36,082 bases of DNA. Source: Elusimicrobiota bacterium. GTDB taxonomy: Bacteria > Elusimicrobiota > Elusimicrobia > Elusimicrobiales > UBA9959. The stretch is taken from contig JBAXKK010000019.1 in the NCBI GenBank assembly GCA_037137395.1, positions 1-36,082 on the forward strand, in the 5' to 3' direction. The notes under the pieces were generated by a model. The model did no database searches. It had not been told where the DNA came from and saw only the letters and a program-made list of their open reading frames with translations. Shown here in pieces: positions 36,009 through 36,082 of the stretch (the first letter of the stretch is position 1; every line of letters begins with the position of its first letter). A program made the translations under genes and the position numbers.

Positions 36009-36082
36009 CAGGTCTTTTGCCTTAAGAGCTGAGGTGGTCGGGAGAGTCTAGACTGGTATTAGGCTCTTCCTAAGGTGGATTG

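Noticed and set aside
36030..36082. Group II intron end
   Set aside because: No GUGYG 5' end or domain V consensus in the visible sequence

Overview
Bacterial chromosomal segment of about 30 CDSs, mostly housekeeping, metabolic and signalling genes. The overall style suggests an anaerobic diderm, possibly Elusimicrobiota (an impression only, not verified). It begins with a tRNA-Gly(TCC) cut by the window edge, a degenerate tRNA copy, a MITE-like element and a lone HTH-WYL regulator with a hairpin-rich leader. Then follow mltA, rlmB, two 6-phosphofructokinase paralogs, a His-tailed EamA transporter, gdhA, two pseudouridine synthases, a YcbK/M15 peptidase, an atypical class III cyclase, a putative secreted Cys protease, glpT-glpQ (split by a MITE) and serC-serA-DUF1015. 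A signalling block comprises a PilB/GspE ATPase-receiver fusion, a stand-alone receiver, a multi-PAS/GAF kinase and a receiver-PPDK_N fusion; a TPR lipoprotein, tdh and a cupin end the window. No CRISPR array, transposase, integrase, reverse transcriptase or complete defence operon is visible. The most notable non-obvious signals are an orphan promoter-hairpin-U-tract small RNA unit (3165-3249), the GC-TAT-GC hairpin array in the WYL leader, a duplicated promoter flanking the second pfk, apparently leaderless genes, and the signalling fusions.
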